From a virus: a stretch of 64,000 nucleotides of DNA. The first letter of the stretch is position 1. Every line of letters begins with the position of its first letter. The translations under genes were made by a program, and so were the position numbers. The stretch lies in IMG/VR virus record IMGVR_UViG_3300030419_002557, positions 1-64,000 of that record; one strand, written 5' to 3'. Positions 19,629 to 28,504 of the stretch are shown here, in pieces. Below the pieces are notes generated by a model. That model saw only the letters and a list, made by a program, of their open reading frames with translations, was not told the origin of the DNA and searched no databases.

Positions 19629-20614
19629 TGCCTAGACGAAGTCGAGCCGACGTTGGGCTTTACGCCCCAAGAGTGACAAGACGCGCAGATCACATCCCAA
19701 ACCGTGGTCCTCGAACTCCAAGTGCAGGCGGCGGGAACGCTTGGAAGGACTGGGTGGACTTTGATTTGTCCAAGATTGCTGACGTATCTGAATGGAAGAA
19801 GATTGAAGGCGATGGGATTGGTGGCATTAACGTAACGGCGGCGATGTCGGGTGATCAACTCCACATTACGTTTCCTGATATTGGGAGCAACTACAACGTA
19901 AGAAACCAGGGCAACCAACAAAAGGGGCTTTGGTTTATTAAGAAGGTAAAGTTTGCTCCCTGGGCAAATCAGGCGACTCCAGCAGGGCAGGCTGCAAACA
20001 GCTTTCAAAGTGAGAGCACCCTTTTTAAAATGGAGATGCAGTTCGATCATACCAACGGACCCATCAACGGAACTTCCGACCAAAACTACGGCCAAAATGT
20101 TCACGCTGCATGCGGCATCATTGCCTATGATTCTGATCAGGGCACAGATCCTCCGTTGCCTGGCACGACAAACTATGCGGGCGTGTATGTTAGGAAGAAC
20201 AGGTCAGAGGATCCAAGCGGATCAAGCCACACCAACCAGTATCAATCTGGCCTTTTTTCCCGTAATGGAAAAGCTCCAGGGGATGGTCGTATTTGGAGGA
20301 ACCAGGACGGAGGAGACGCAACATCGCATGATGCTATCGTCTTTCAAGCGGGAATCTCCACCAACATTACCTCCCATCCTATTGGATCTTACAACGAGAA
20401 CATGCCTTGCGGTTCTTACGCGACAACGACTCCTTTCGGCCCAATGGTAAAAGGATCGTTGCTTTCAAACAACGCATGCAGGTTTGGAGGAAAGCACCTC
20501 TATTTGGCATGCTGGTTCGGGTTTGATACAACGAGCCAGAAGGGCGGGGTTATTCGCATCAAGAAGCTTAGGTATTTGCTTCAGCCTATCGCTGCACGCG
20601 CCGCACTGGGGTAG
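19628..20614 (+). CDS. Hypothetical protein, possibly receptor-binding
   Basis: 328-aa ORF coupled to the upstream gene (TAATG); beta-rich. Confidence 0.5.
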   Translation: MPRRSRADVGLYAPRVTRRADHIPNRGPRTPSAGGGNAWKDWVDFDLSKIADVSEWKKIEGDGIGGINVTAAMSGDQLHITFPDIGSNYNVRNQGNQQKGLWFIKKVKFAPWANQATPAGQAANSFQSESTLFKMEMQFDHTNGPINGTSDQNYGQNVHAACGIIAYDSDQGTDPPLPGTTNYAGVYVRKNRSEDPSGSSHTNQYQSGLFSRNGKAPGDGRIWRNQDGGDATSHDAIVFQAGISTNITSHPIGSYNENMPCGSYATTTPFGPMVKGSLLSNNACRFGGKHLYLACWFGFDTTSQKGGVIRIKKLRYLLQPIAARAALG

Positions 20615-20617
20615 TTC

Positions 20618-20905
20618 ATGGCTTCAATATGTTTGTTTGAGACAACCGGCACAAGCGCAGCCGACGATATAGTCGCTGCTGTAGAGGCTGGGGAGTTGTG
20701 GGGAGTAAACATGGGCTCCACATCTAAAAGTTCTTCCTATTCTAACTATGCTTTGGTTGAATGCACTGCCAACCGGGCTCTTCAAATCACGGATTCAATT
20801 CCAGATGATGTCCTTCTTCGTATCGTTCAAGACGAAGTCCCCAGTTTTACAGATGCTGGCACCAACGAGAAAGCGTGGTATTTACTGGGGATGAATGGGG
20901 GATAG
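20618..20905 (+). CDS. Hypothetical protein
   Basis: 95-aa ORF in a tightly packed operon. Confidence 0.55.
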   Translation: MASICLFETTGTSAADDIVAAVEAGELWGVNMGSTSKSSSYSNYALVECTANRALQITDSIPDDVLLRIVQDEVPSFTDAGTNEKAWYLLGMNGG

Positions 20906-20908
20906 TGA

Positions 20909-21100
20909 ATGGAACAACGTGTACGAAAACTCGAAACTGATGTAGCAGTCCTTGGTCAGCGCGTTGACACTACGGAGGCTGAGGTGTCAGCTATTCGAGA
21001 AGACATTCAAGGCATCAAGAAAGAGATCCACAAGGCACAAGGGCTGATCCTCGCAACTATCGTCATCATGCAATGCATCGCGATCTTTATGGAAGGGTGA
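20909..21100 (+). CDS. Coiled-coil plus C-terminal TM protein (XhlA-like holin/accessory)
   Basis: Heptad coiled coil followed by GLILATIVIMQCIAIFM. Confidence 0.55.
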   Translation: MEQRVRKLETDVAVLGQRVDTTEAEVSAIREDIQGIKKEIHKAQGLILATIVIMQCIAIFMEG

Positions 21101-21101
21101 T

Positions 21102-21263
21102 GTGGAGGCAGATGTAGTAGCGAGCTACCTAGACTTAGGCATGACTTGCGGCTTCATTGCGTACCTCATCAACACAAATCGACGACAAGGCAAAGCCCTC
21201 ACGATGATGACCCGAAAGTATGAAGAGCTTTTCGAGCGGGTCTTAAAGAGGGAACGTGAGTGA
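21102..21263 (+). CDS. Small holin-like protein (BhlA/UviB-like), not in the ORF track
   Basis: Hand translation from GTG: MEADVVASYLDLGMTCGFIAYLINTNRRQGKALTMMTRKYEELFERVLKRERE* (53 aa); fills the gap exactly. Confidence 0.5.
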   Translation: MEADVVASYLDLGMTCGFIAYLINTNRRQGKALTMMTRKYEELFERVLKRERE

Positions 21264-21519
21264 AGGCTCGACCAATCCCTTTTCCAACATGCCTCCGTGG
21301 GGCTGGATACTCGTCTATCTTGCTGGCGGCTCTGCAATAGGTGTTGGGGGTCTTGAGCTTACTCATAGTTCTCATAGCGAAGAGAAAGAATGCCCCGATC
21401 CAGGCTTTGCTCTTCATCAGGCAGAGAAAGAAATAGAAGAGCTAAAGAACGCTCACGAGTCAATGGTCTCCAGTATTGGTATGATTTCTGGGTTATTGTC
21501 TCAATGTCAACAGCAATAG
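21256..21519 (+). CDS. N-terminal TM plus coiled-coil protein (possible spanin-like)
   Basis: WGWILVYLAGGSAIGVGGL TM followed by a coiled coil. Confidence 0.45.
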   Translation: MSEGSTNPFSNMPPWGWILVYLAGGSAIGVGGLELTHSSHSEEKECPDPGFALHQAEKEIEELKNAHESMVSSIGMISGLLSQCQQQ

Positions 21520-21528
21520 GAGGTTGAT

Positions 21529-21915
21529 TTGGCGACCTATACAAAGTTAAATCTGTCCCCTGGTGGCACCGAAGGTGACGGTAATCCAATTCCAGTTACC
21601 GACAATGCAGGAAATGGGTCATTTCTTCACGACACCTCGAATGATGAAACGAAGCAAGACGAGATTTGGCTTTGGGCAACGAACATTCATACGTCTGCCG
21701 TCGAAGTTACGTTGCATGTTGGCTATTTGAACAGCGGCAGTGCCGCTGCAACAGACAGAATGATTGTCACTATTCCTGCAAAGTCTGGGTGGTCACTGGT
21801 CCTGGCTGGAATCCCGCTGCGTAGCAGTGGTAGCACTCCCCGCAGGGTCGCGGCATACGCTGACACGGTGAATGTCATTAACTTTGTTGGATATGTGAAC
21901 AGGATTTCCGCTTGA
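21529..21915 (+). CDS. Small virion protein (DEIWLWA family), paralog of 19251-19628
   Basis: RBS AGGAGG, TTG start; DEIWLWATN...NVINFVGYVNRI. Confidence 0.65.
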   Translation: MATYTKLNLSPGGTEGDGNPIPVTDNAGNGSFLHDTSNDETKQDEIWLWATNIHTSAVEVTLHVGYLNSGSAAATDRMIVTIPAKSGWSLVLAGIPLRSSGSTPRRVAAYADTVNVINFVGYVNRISA

Positions 21916-22070
21916 TAAAATGGCAATACCATAAGCCGTTTGTCGACTGGCTTTTGAAGATGCAATATGCGGAGATGAAGGACGACAAGATAAGCCCCTA
22001 CATCAGCCCTGGTCTTGTTCTATACATGTACGAGGCATACCTGGCGGGGTTTAAAGAACGAGGAAAGTAG
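21912..22070 (+). CDS. Small hypothetical protein (52 aa), not in the ORF track
   Basis: TTGA overlap with the upstream stop; MIKWQYHKPFVDWLLKMQY...AGFKERGK*; stop abuts the next ATG. Confidence 0.45.
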   Translation: MIKWQYHKPFVDWLLKMQYAEMKDDKISPYISPGLVLYMYEAYLAGFKERGK

Positions 22071-22559
22071 ATGGGTCATTTCTCTCTTGATGAGTTTGTA
22101 GGCGCAATTCAAGAGGCAGTAGTCAAATCAACAGACATTGCCGAGCAGCATGAACTAAACCATATTCGGGAAGAAGAATACTGGATTGATACTGGTGAGA
22201 AGGCACCTGACGGGACTTCTATCTATAAGCCCCGAATGGTAACTGTTCGCTTGCCCATGTGGGAAGATGGCAAGCAGACTGAAAAAGACATTCAGGTTCC
22301 CATGCAAACGCTTGTCACTGGCCAATCTTTAATGATTGAAGCGCTAACTGTTGAGATGAATGTGGAACTCCAAGGAATGGAAGACGGTGCTGACGTTGGC
22401 TGTACTCATCGCAAGCTCAAGATAAATCCATCTGTTGGTGGAAATGGGTGGTTTGCTAAAAAGCGGAATACTGCTAAGATTTCGATAACTTTTAAAGGGC
22501 AGGAACCACCAGAAGGTTATGCTCGAATTGATAATCAACTCATAAAGCTACTTCCGTAG
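22071..22559 (+). CDS. DUF2589-family protein (short type)
   Basis: LDEFVGAIQEAVV..QVPMQTLV..SLMIEALTVEMNVEL..ISITFKGQEPPEGYARI pattern. Confidence 0.65.
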   Translation: MGHFSLDEFVGAIQEAVVKSTDIAEQHELNHIREEEYWIDTGEKAPDGTSIYKPRMVTVRLPMWEDGKQTEKDIQVPMQTLVTGQSLMIEALTVEMNVELQGMEDGADVGCTHRKLKINPSVGGNGWFAKKRNTAKISITFKGQEPPEGYARIDNQLIKLLP

Positions 22560-22568
22560 GAGAGATAA

Positions 22569-23207
22569 ATGCCAGACGGCCTTGTAAAAATGTCAGACCA
22601 GTTTGGCGGCCTGCCAATGGACCAACTGATTGGAGGTCCGCTTAAGGCAGCCTGCGATTCGCAGGTTCAGCTTGCCAAGGCGACCGCTGACTTTATTCAG
22701 AACGTCGGTCTGGAGACCGATTCCAACGGAGTAGTAAAAGCTCGTACTGTTGACTTCACTTACACGAAGCCTGTCAATGACGGTAACGGTGGGTACACCG
22801 AAGTTACCAACCAACTCGACGTTCCAATCCTGGCGATTCTGAACACTCCTTCACTTCAGGTCAAAGAGGTTGAGGTGGACTTCACGATGGAAGTGAAGTC
22901 AAGCACTTCTGAGAAGTCGAGTCGAGACTATGAAGCTGCAATGGACACCCACGTTAAAGCAGGCTGGGGCCCAGTGAGTGTGGACGTGAAAATCCACGGG
23001 TCTATTTCCGCCAAGAGCGAGAACACCCGCTCATCGGACAACTCCGCTAAGTACAACGTCAAAGTCATTGCCCGCGATGATGGTATGCCTGAAGGGTTGA
23101 AGCGCTGCTTGGACATCGTACAGGCAGCAATCGCTGAGAAACCAGCGCCAGCACCCCCTGTCAATCAGCCTGCAAACCCACCCGCTCCTGCTGTGAGGAA
23201 TGGATAA
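22569..23207 (+). CDS. DUF2589-family protein (long type)
   Basis: QFGGLPMDQLIGGPLKAACDSQVQLAKATADFIQNVG..VPILAILNTPSL..AKYNVKVIA..MPEGLKR signature. Confidence 0.8.
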   Translation: MPDGLVKMSDQFGGLPMDQLIGGPLKAACDSQVQLAKATADFIQNVGLETDSNGVVKARTVDFTYTKPVNDGNGGYTEVTNQLDVPILAILNTPSLQVKEVEVDFTMEVKSSTSEKSSRDYEAAMDTHVKAGWGPVSVDVKIHGSISAKSENTRSSDNSAKYNVKVIARDDGMPEGLKRCLDIVQAAIAEKPAPAPPVNQPANPPAPAVRNG

Positions 23208-23582
23208 ATGGCGATTACAACTGGAAAGTTATCGATAACAGAAACAGACTACATGTTCATCGACACTGCATCTACAGCAACTGCTGTGACGGATGTGTTC
23301 GGTGGTTCAGCGACAATCCACAGTATCAATATGGTGAATGGCCACTCCAACCCTGCATGGTTGAAAATCTACAACGCTAGCAGCGCCACTGTTGGGACAA
23401 CAGACCCAGACATTATTTTGAAGGCAGACGGGTCAGGCACTAATGGTGGTCGAACTGTCTGGCAGATTATCGACGGAATCGCTCTGACGAATATGACTTA
23501 CGCTTCCGAGATTTCTGCCGGTACATCTGGAACATCAAACCCTGATGCTGGAAATCTTACCATCAGCATGGTTGTGAGGTAG
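23208..23582 (+). CDS. Small structural protein, paralog of 23585-23980
   Basis: WLKIYNASSATVGTTDPD motif. Confidence 0.6.
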   Translation: MAITTGKLSITETDYMFIDTASTATAVTDVFGGSATIHSINMVNGHSNPAWLKIYNASSATVGTTDPDIILKADGSGTNGGRTVWQIIDGIALTNMTYASEISAGTSGTSNPDAGNLTISMVVR

Positions 23583-23584
23583 AG

Positions 23585-23980
23585 ATGGCATCAGCACTTG
23601 TAAAAACGTCCGTAGTCGCCAATGTTGGCACATTTCATTGTGTAAATCTTGACGCCGATCATAATGTCGAAGCGCTGGATGCCAGTAGCGGTACTCTCTA
23701 CAAAGTAGAAATCATCAACCCTAATGCAACCGCAGTGTATGTGAAGCTTTATGACTCAACCAGCACTGTAAACATTGGTGGAGACGCCCCCACTTCTCCC
23801 GAATGGGTGTTCATGTGTCCGGGTAATGCAACAAGAGTGTATTCCAATCCATCGGGAACCTCTTACGGAACTGGCTTGAAGGCAGCGTGCGTTACAACTG
23901 CTGGCAGCGCCAGCGGTTCTGTGGCCGCAAGCACGGCACCGACTGACAGCGTCACTTATCGAATCCTTATTGCGACGTAG
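23585..23980 (+). CDS. Small structural protein, paralog of 23208-23582
   Basis: YVKLYDSTSTVNIGGDAPTSP motif. Confidence 0.6.
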   Translation: MASALVKTSVVANVGTFHCVNLDADHNVEALDASSGTLYKVEIINPNATAVYVKLYDSTSTVNIGGDAPTSPEWVFMCPGNATRVYSNPSGTSYGTGLKAACVTTAGSASGSVAASTAPTDSVTYRILIAT

Positions 23981-23982
23981 AA

Positions 23983-24192
23983 ATGAAGTACGGAAAAATC
24001 CTTAAGCAAGCAATCCTCATGGCCGAGGATCTCTTCCCCGAACCCAAGACAGGCAAGAAGAAGAGAGCCTGGGTCGTGAAGTTCATCAACGAGCATGTGA
24101 ATGTGCCGATCCTGAATGAGCGTCAGGAGGCCAAAGCTATAGGGTTCGCAGTAGATGTAGTGTGTGACCTAATTGAAGACCTGAAGAAATGA
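23983..24192 (+). CDS. Small protein resembling the soluble part of LL-H-type holins
   Basis: AEDLFPEPKTGKKKRAWV motif; just upstream of the endolysin; no TM segment. Confidence 0.4.
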   Translation: MKYGKILKQAILMAEDLFPEPKTGKKKRAWVVKFINEHVNVPILNERQEAKAIGFAVDVVCDLIEDLKK

Positions 24193-24386
24193 AGACGGTT
24201 ACTCGGTCCTACAGGCATCGCTCTACTGAAAAAATGAAAATTAGAAAGTCATCAGTGACAGTGGTGCGTGTTGGTTTTAAAGAACACGAGCCTTCTGTTC
24301 AGGGTGCCTACAACAACACCGAGGACCAAACGTGTGGTTCTCGTCCTGAGCAGGAGGCATCCCATGTTGATAAAGAAGGGAAGTAG
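24189..24386 (+). CDS. Hypothetical protein
   Basis: ATGA coupling to the upstream gene; overlaps the endolysin start. Confidence 0.35.
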   Translation: MKTVTRSYRHRSTEKMKIRKSSVTVVRVGFKEHEPSVQGAYNNTEDQTCGSRPEQEASHVDKEGK

Positions 24387-25170
24387 GGGCGACGAAGTTA
24401 AGGAAGTCCAGAAGGCGTTGAACGATAAGGGCTATGGCCAAATCGGCGTCGATGGAATCTTTGGACGAGGCACGGAGAAGGCCGTTAAGCGCTTCCAGAA
24501 GGCGTCAGGACTGGCCGCAGACGGAATCGTAGGGCCTAACACCCTCAAGGCTTTACAGGCCGCTGAGGAGCCAAAGCAGCCCGAGGTTTCGGATGAGCCC
24601 CCCGCCATCATTGGTGTGCTCAAAGCCAAAGGCTACGAGGTGTACACCGATGGCCAGATCAACACGATTGGTGTGCGCTCGAACAACACTGTTGCCAACA
24701 GCTTCGATGATGAGATGCACTTGGTGTGGGTGAAGAACGGATTGTGGCAGCACAAGAAGTACAGAATAACCACGGACCCCGGCACTTATTGTTTAGAACA
24801 TCCTGAAGTCTACGGTCGTGCCGCTGGCACAGCCATCATGGTGCCTGGATCCTACCGCGCCTACAAGTGGGATATGCACCGTGGAAAGTACGAAACGCTG
24901 TGTCAGCGGGCGGCTCCCATCCGCGTCTGGAGGGACAACGATCGAAATAACATTTTGTCGTTTGGCCATGACGACGACCCCGGAATCGAGGGGTGGTACG
25001 GGGTAAATCTTCATCACGCCGGGGCTAACTCTACGCGAGTAGATAAGTGGTCGGCTGGCTGCCAGGTGTTTGCCCGAATCGCAGACTGGGAGGAAGCGGT
25101 TAAGATCTGGAAGGCATCGGAGGCTGAGGTCTTTACTTATACCCTCATCACCGAAGATGACCTGTCGTAG
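24364..25170 (+). CDS. Endolysin: N-terminal PG-binding domain plus catalytic domain with H..H-x-SAGC motif
   Basis: RBS AGGAGG before ATG 24364; GSRGDEVKEVQKAL..DGIFGRGTEKAVKRFQ..DGIVGPNT (PG_binding_1); GVNLHHAG..VDKWSAGCQVF. Confidence 0.85.
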   Translation: MLIKKGSRGDEVKEVQKALNDKGYGQIGVDGIFGRGTEKAVKRFQKASGLAADGIVGPNTLKALQAAEEPKQPEVSDEPPAIIGVLKAKGYEVYTDGQINTIGVRSNNTVANSFDDEMHLVWVKNGLWQHKKYRITTDPGTYCLEHPEVYGRAAGTAIMVPGSYRAYKWDMHRGKYETLCQRAAPIRVWRDNDRNNILSFGHDDDPGIEGWYGVNLHHAGANSTRVDKWSAGCQVFARIADWEEAVKIWKASEAEVFTYTLITEDDLS

Positions 25171-25178
25171 GAGACGTA

Positions 25179-25409
25179 ATGGAAAAGCTCAAAGAACTTT
25201 GGAAGAAGCTCAACCCTCGGGTTGCCCTGATTGGAGGAGTCGTGGTTATCTCGACTTCTCTTGGCACTTGTCACCTAATGGACTCTGGCGATGAAGGAGC
25301 AGAAGAAGAAGCTCCCGTCGAAGCTCCTGCTGAGGAGACGCCGGAACCGGAGCCCGCTCCACCGGCTGAAGCTCCTGAAGAAGCTCCTGGCGCAGACGCA
25401 GACGCCTAA
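25179..25409 (+). CDS. Membrane/lipoprotein-like protein with an acidic Pro-rich tail (possible spanin component)
   Basis: Basic N-terminus, hydrophobic VALIGGVVVIS, SLGTC, then EAP repeats; last gene of the lysis operon. Confidence 0.5.
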   Translation: MEKLKELWKKLNPRVALIGGVVVISTSLGTCHLMDSGDEGAEEEAPVEAPAEETPEPEPAPPAEAPEEAPGADADA

Positions 25410-25410
25410 G

Positions 25411-25452
25411 AAAAAACCCCCGGAGACTTAGAGTTTCCGGGGGTTCTTCTTT
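25411..25452. terminator. Bidirectional intrinsic terminator between convergent operons
   Basis: AAAAAACCCCCGGAGAC-TTAGA-GTTTCCGGGGGTTCTTCTTT. Confidence 0.85.
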
Positions 25453-25549
25453 GCTGGAATGGGCTCGCCTGAGAAATAACCGCATTTAGGACAGCGCTCG
25501 TCTCCGACGTAGCGGTGGTCACACTCGAAGCAAATGCGCTTGATGGGCT

Positions 25550-26338
25550 TCATGCCAGAGCCGCACCAAGGTCGCTCATTCCATTTACCTCCTTGGGTTC
25601 ATCCTCGCCAACGATTGGCGTGATGTCGATAGGAGGCATCTTTGCGTGAGGATCATCTCCATCCGCAGAGACAGCCGTTGCAAGCTCAAACGACATGGGC
25701 ACGGTGCCGCCGTTGAAGAGGGCACGGATAGCGCTCTTACGAGCCATGCGAGAGTAGTCGTCTACCCAGGGGCCACTACGACCAGCCTTGGAACGACGAC
25801 GAACCTTGTCGATGTCCACCTTCCAAAGCACCTCAAAGTACGACGATCCGTCCTTAAGAACAGCAACAGCGTAGGCTGCTACAATCTTGTCGTCTGAGCG
25901 GTCTACATCTCCACGGACACTGTGCTCAATGTTGGGGTGAAGTCCAGCGCTAACATCGAACTTCTCGCCTTCATAGACAACACGGGCATCGAGGCGGGCC
26001 ACCTGGCCACTGCGTCGAGCAAGCTCCAAGTATCCTTTGTAGCCAATGATTGGCGTACACTTGTTGCCATAAGGAATGAAGTAGATGTGGCCCAGTGTTC
26101 CGCCGGGCTCCAAGCCAAGCTGCGCCGACAGCATTACGGATTCTGCCACGGAGATGCTGGTGCATTCCATAAGCTTTGGATTGCGGCTGGCCTCCACAAT
26201 CAACACCTTGCACATGCGCTCTGGGGTTAGATGGTTGGGCAAGATGGATGCTACTTGGTCCTTCATCTTGTTGTTGATGAGGTCCTTGAACTTCTCCATC
26301 TTGGTGGGTGGCTTGTTTGCAATTTCGTTCTTGGCCAT
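25550..26338 (-). CDS. recT: RecT-family single-strand annealing protein
   Basis: LPNHLTPERM..SAQLGLEPG..IYFIPYG..IIGYKGYLELARRSG..GPWVDDYSRMARKSAIR. Confidence 0.92.
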   Translation of the reverse strand: MAKNEIANKPPTKMEKFKDLINNKMKDQVASILPNHLTPERMCKVLIVEASRNPKLMECTSISVAESVMLSAQLGLEPGGTLGHIYFIPYGNKCTPIIGYKGYLELARRSGQVARLDARVVYEGEKFDVSAGLHPNIEHSVRGDVDRSDDKIVAAYAVAVLKDGSSYFEVLWKVDIDKVRRRSKAGRSGPWVDDYSRMARKSAIRALFNGGTVPMSFELATAVSADGDDPHAKMPPIDITPIVGEDEPKEVNGMSDLGAALA

Positions 26339-27276
26339 TAGTTGCCTCTCTTGTGTTGAATGTTCATTCGAAAGATTCGAGATGGTTCGCTGGTCTTAGT
26401 AAAATCTTTTGCGATTTCGGGATGTTCTTTACGCAGCGCCTTGGAATCGAGAGATGACCTGCCTTTGTTCATCTTCCAAGAGACGGTGCCAAAGACGCCG
26501 TTGAGACCGGCATTGTCAGCGATGCGCTCTTTGATTTGATTTTTAAGCAGGGCTTCCCTCTCCTTCATTGATTTGATTTCCGTCTGGAGATCATGAAGGT
26601 CAAAGATAAGCTCTTCTTCTACCGGGTCAGCAGTCCTGTACTCTTCACTTGGATCGCCAAACTTGTCCTGTAAAAATTTGTCAGCAGCAGGCGAGCCATC
26701 GATTGGTGGTGGTTCTCCACCTACAACGTGCTTTTTCCACCAGTCGCCGCACTTCTTGACCAGCTTCTTCTCAGTCTTCTTATTTCGAAGCAACGTGTAT
26801 CGACGAAACTCATCGTTGACTAGGAACAGAACAGCAAAGTCCCAGCGGTCAATGTTTGTACAGGCCATGTACCATGCCGCCTGTGTGGCATAGTAGACAG
26901 GCACGCCAGAACCAAGGTCTTCTCCCCAACCGTCGACGCTACGCGCCGTTTTGATTTCCAACCCGAACCGGCTCTCCCCGGAACTGACGTACCTGTCAGG
27001 TGATGCAAGCATGAATGACTTGGGGCCAACGATTGGCATCTCGTTGCCATCTAAAACCTCAAAGCCTGTCTCTTCCTGATACCATGTCGCGATTGCGGAC
27101 TCTAGTAGGCGGCCTCTCCGCATCGCGTTTGTTTCTGGAATCTCCTCAGCGAGCCCTCGCTTTGCTGCCCACACGTCCATGGGCGAGGACCACTTTGATA
27201 ATCCAAGGACTGCGGCAATATCAGACCCGCCGAGCCCTTTCATTCTAGCTTCGTACCAACCATCAGGTTTAGGCAA
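26338..27276 (-). CDS. YqaJ/lambda-exonuclease-family recombination nuclease
   Basis: WYEARMKGLGGSDIAAVLGLSKW..GRLLE..ASPDR..LEIKT..YATQAAWYM. Start reassigned to TTG 27276 behind GGAGGG. Confidence 0.9.
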   Translation of the reverse strand: MPKPDGWYEARMKGLGGSDIAAVLGLSKWSSPMDVWAAKRGLAEEIPETNAMRRGRLLESAIATWYQEETGFEVLDGNEMPIVGPKSFMLASPDRYVSSGESRFGLEIKTARSVDGWGEDLGSGVPVYYATQAAWYMACTNIDRWDFAVLFLVNDEFRRYTLLRNKKTEKKLVKKCGDWWKKHVVGGEPPPIDGSPAADKFLQDKFGDPSEEYRTADPVEEELIFDLHDLQTEIKSMKEREALLKNQIKERIADNAGLNGVFGTVSWKMNKGRSSLDSKALRKEHPEIAKDFTKTSEPSRIFRMNIQHKRGN

Positions 27277-27304
27277 AACACCCTCCATGCGATATGATGT
27301 TTCT

Positions 27305-27505
27305 ATGAAAGACAAAATTAGTCATCAAGGAATCGCAAGAGCGGCCAAGTACGCACAAAAAGCCATGGACTCTGGAGACGTTCCAGAGCGTGCCTTGGCG
27401 CGAGGCAAGAGCCTCGAACGTCAAGGGATGCTTAGAGATGATGGGTCGGTCCAAAAGATTCATCCTGACGAGCGACGATCAAGCCGTAGGCGTCTTACGG
27501 ACTAG
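27305..27505 (+). CDS. Small hypothetical protein, probably leaderless
   Basis: TAGGCA-N17-TATGAT-N6-ATG; 66 aa MKDKISHQGIARAAKY... Confidence 0.4.
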   Translation: MKDKISHQGIARAAKYAQKAMDSGDVPERALARGKSLERQGMLRDDGSVQKIHPDERRSSRRRLTD

Positions 27506-28120
27506 CTTACGCTTTCCCGATCTTGGGTTGTTCTTCTTAGCAGTAGGCTCTATCGCTGCTTTAATTTCGATGTCCTCATCTTCCGTTTTGTTAATGGAAC
27601 CTTCAAGCTTGGCGATGGCTTCGTTTGCGCTCAACTGTCCAGCAGCAAGCATCTTGAGAAGCGCAAGCGTTGCTTCGTTGTTCGTGGTGTCAGCCTTTAC
27701 ACTCACGTTCACAGCGGGCGCACCGTTGTGATACTGCACGTCTTCTTCGCCTCGCTCGTCTGTCCAGCGAACGCCTAACAAAAGAATAGCTTCGCCGTTG
27801 TCTTCACGAATCTCTACCTCAAACTCGCAGGGCTGCCAGTCTCCGTTGGGCTGGATGTTGAGCAGGGTCTTTCGTTGGCCGTCCAGTGCAGCGGAGATCA
27901 TGTTGTGCCAGGTGGCCTCGTCAACAGCGCTAAGAAGATTCACAACTCGCCATCGAGCAATCATCTCTTTAGACCGATGCGCCTTGTCTTCCTCGACAAC
28001 AACTTTGTTTACCATTCGGTTTGCAATGGTGATCAGCACCGAGGGGTCGGTGACCTTCTTGGTGTTTCGCTTGTCATCCATCAAGGACTCTGGCTTTTCT
28101 GGAAGGATCGACACGGGCAT
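27479..28120 (-). CDS. Hypothetical protein
   Basis: 213-aa ORF with a basic C-terminus. Confidence 0.6.
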   Translation of the reverse strand: MPVSILPEKPESLMDDKRNTKKVTDPSVLITIANRMVNKVVVEEDKAHRSKEMIARWRVVNLLSAVDEATWHNMISAALDGQRKTLLNIQPNGDWQPCEFEVEIREDNGEAILLLGVRWTDERGEEDVQYHNGAPAVNVSVKADTTNNEATLALLKMLAAGQLSANEAIAKLEGSINKTEDEDIEIKAAIEPTAKKNNPRSGKRKLVRKTPTA

Positions 28121-28144
28121 CTCCTGTTTTTAATCTAAGTTGTT

Positions 28145-28166
28145 GCCGGTCCAAAAACTGACCGGC
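28145..28166. promoter_or_regulatory. Inverted repeat (candidate operator) in the divergent control region
   Basis: GCCGGTC-N8-GACCGGC, with GCATTTTG direct repeats nearby. Confidence 0.4.
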
Positions 28167-28246
28167 CCAAAGAACTTGGCGCATTTTGTGTCCCCTGTCA
28201 AGGGTGGGTTCGCATTTTGCGCCCAATCTGGTATAAGGTCTATGAA

Positions 28247-28504
28247 ATGAACACTTCATACAGAATCTTCGGTCAAAATCTTCACTACCTTATTCGCGCA
28301 AAAGGCGTGGGAATGAGGGCTTTTGCACGCGAGGCAGGCATAGACTACTCGCTTCTTAAGCGGTACATGTCTGGTCAGGTTGCTCCTCGTAAGCAGCGAC
28401 TTGAACAGCTATCTGTTCTACTTGGCGTCAGTCCGGGTTCTTTGATGTTTGATGACCTTGTGCCTGAAATAGAGGAGAGCACCAATGTTGTTTGTGGGGA
28501 TTGA
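28247..28504 (+). CDS. XRE/Cro-CI-type HTH regulator
   Basis: FGQNLHYLIRAKGVGMRAFAREAGIDYSLLKRYMSGQVAPRKQRLEQLSVLLGVSPGSL; promoter TTCGCA-N17-TATAAG at 28209-28237. Confidence 0.85.
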   Translation: MNTSYRIFGQNLHYLIRAKGVGMRAFAREAGIDYSLLKRYMSGQVAPRKQRLEQLSVLLGVSPGSLMFDDLVPEIEESTNVVCGD

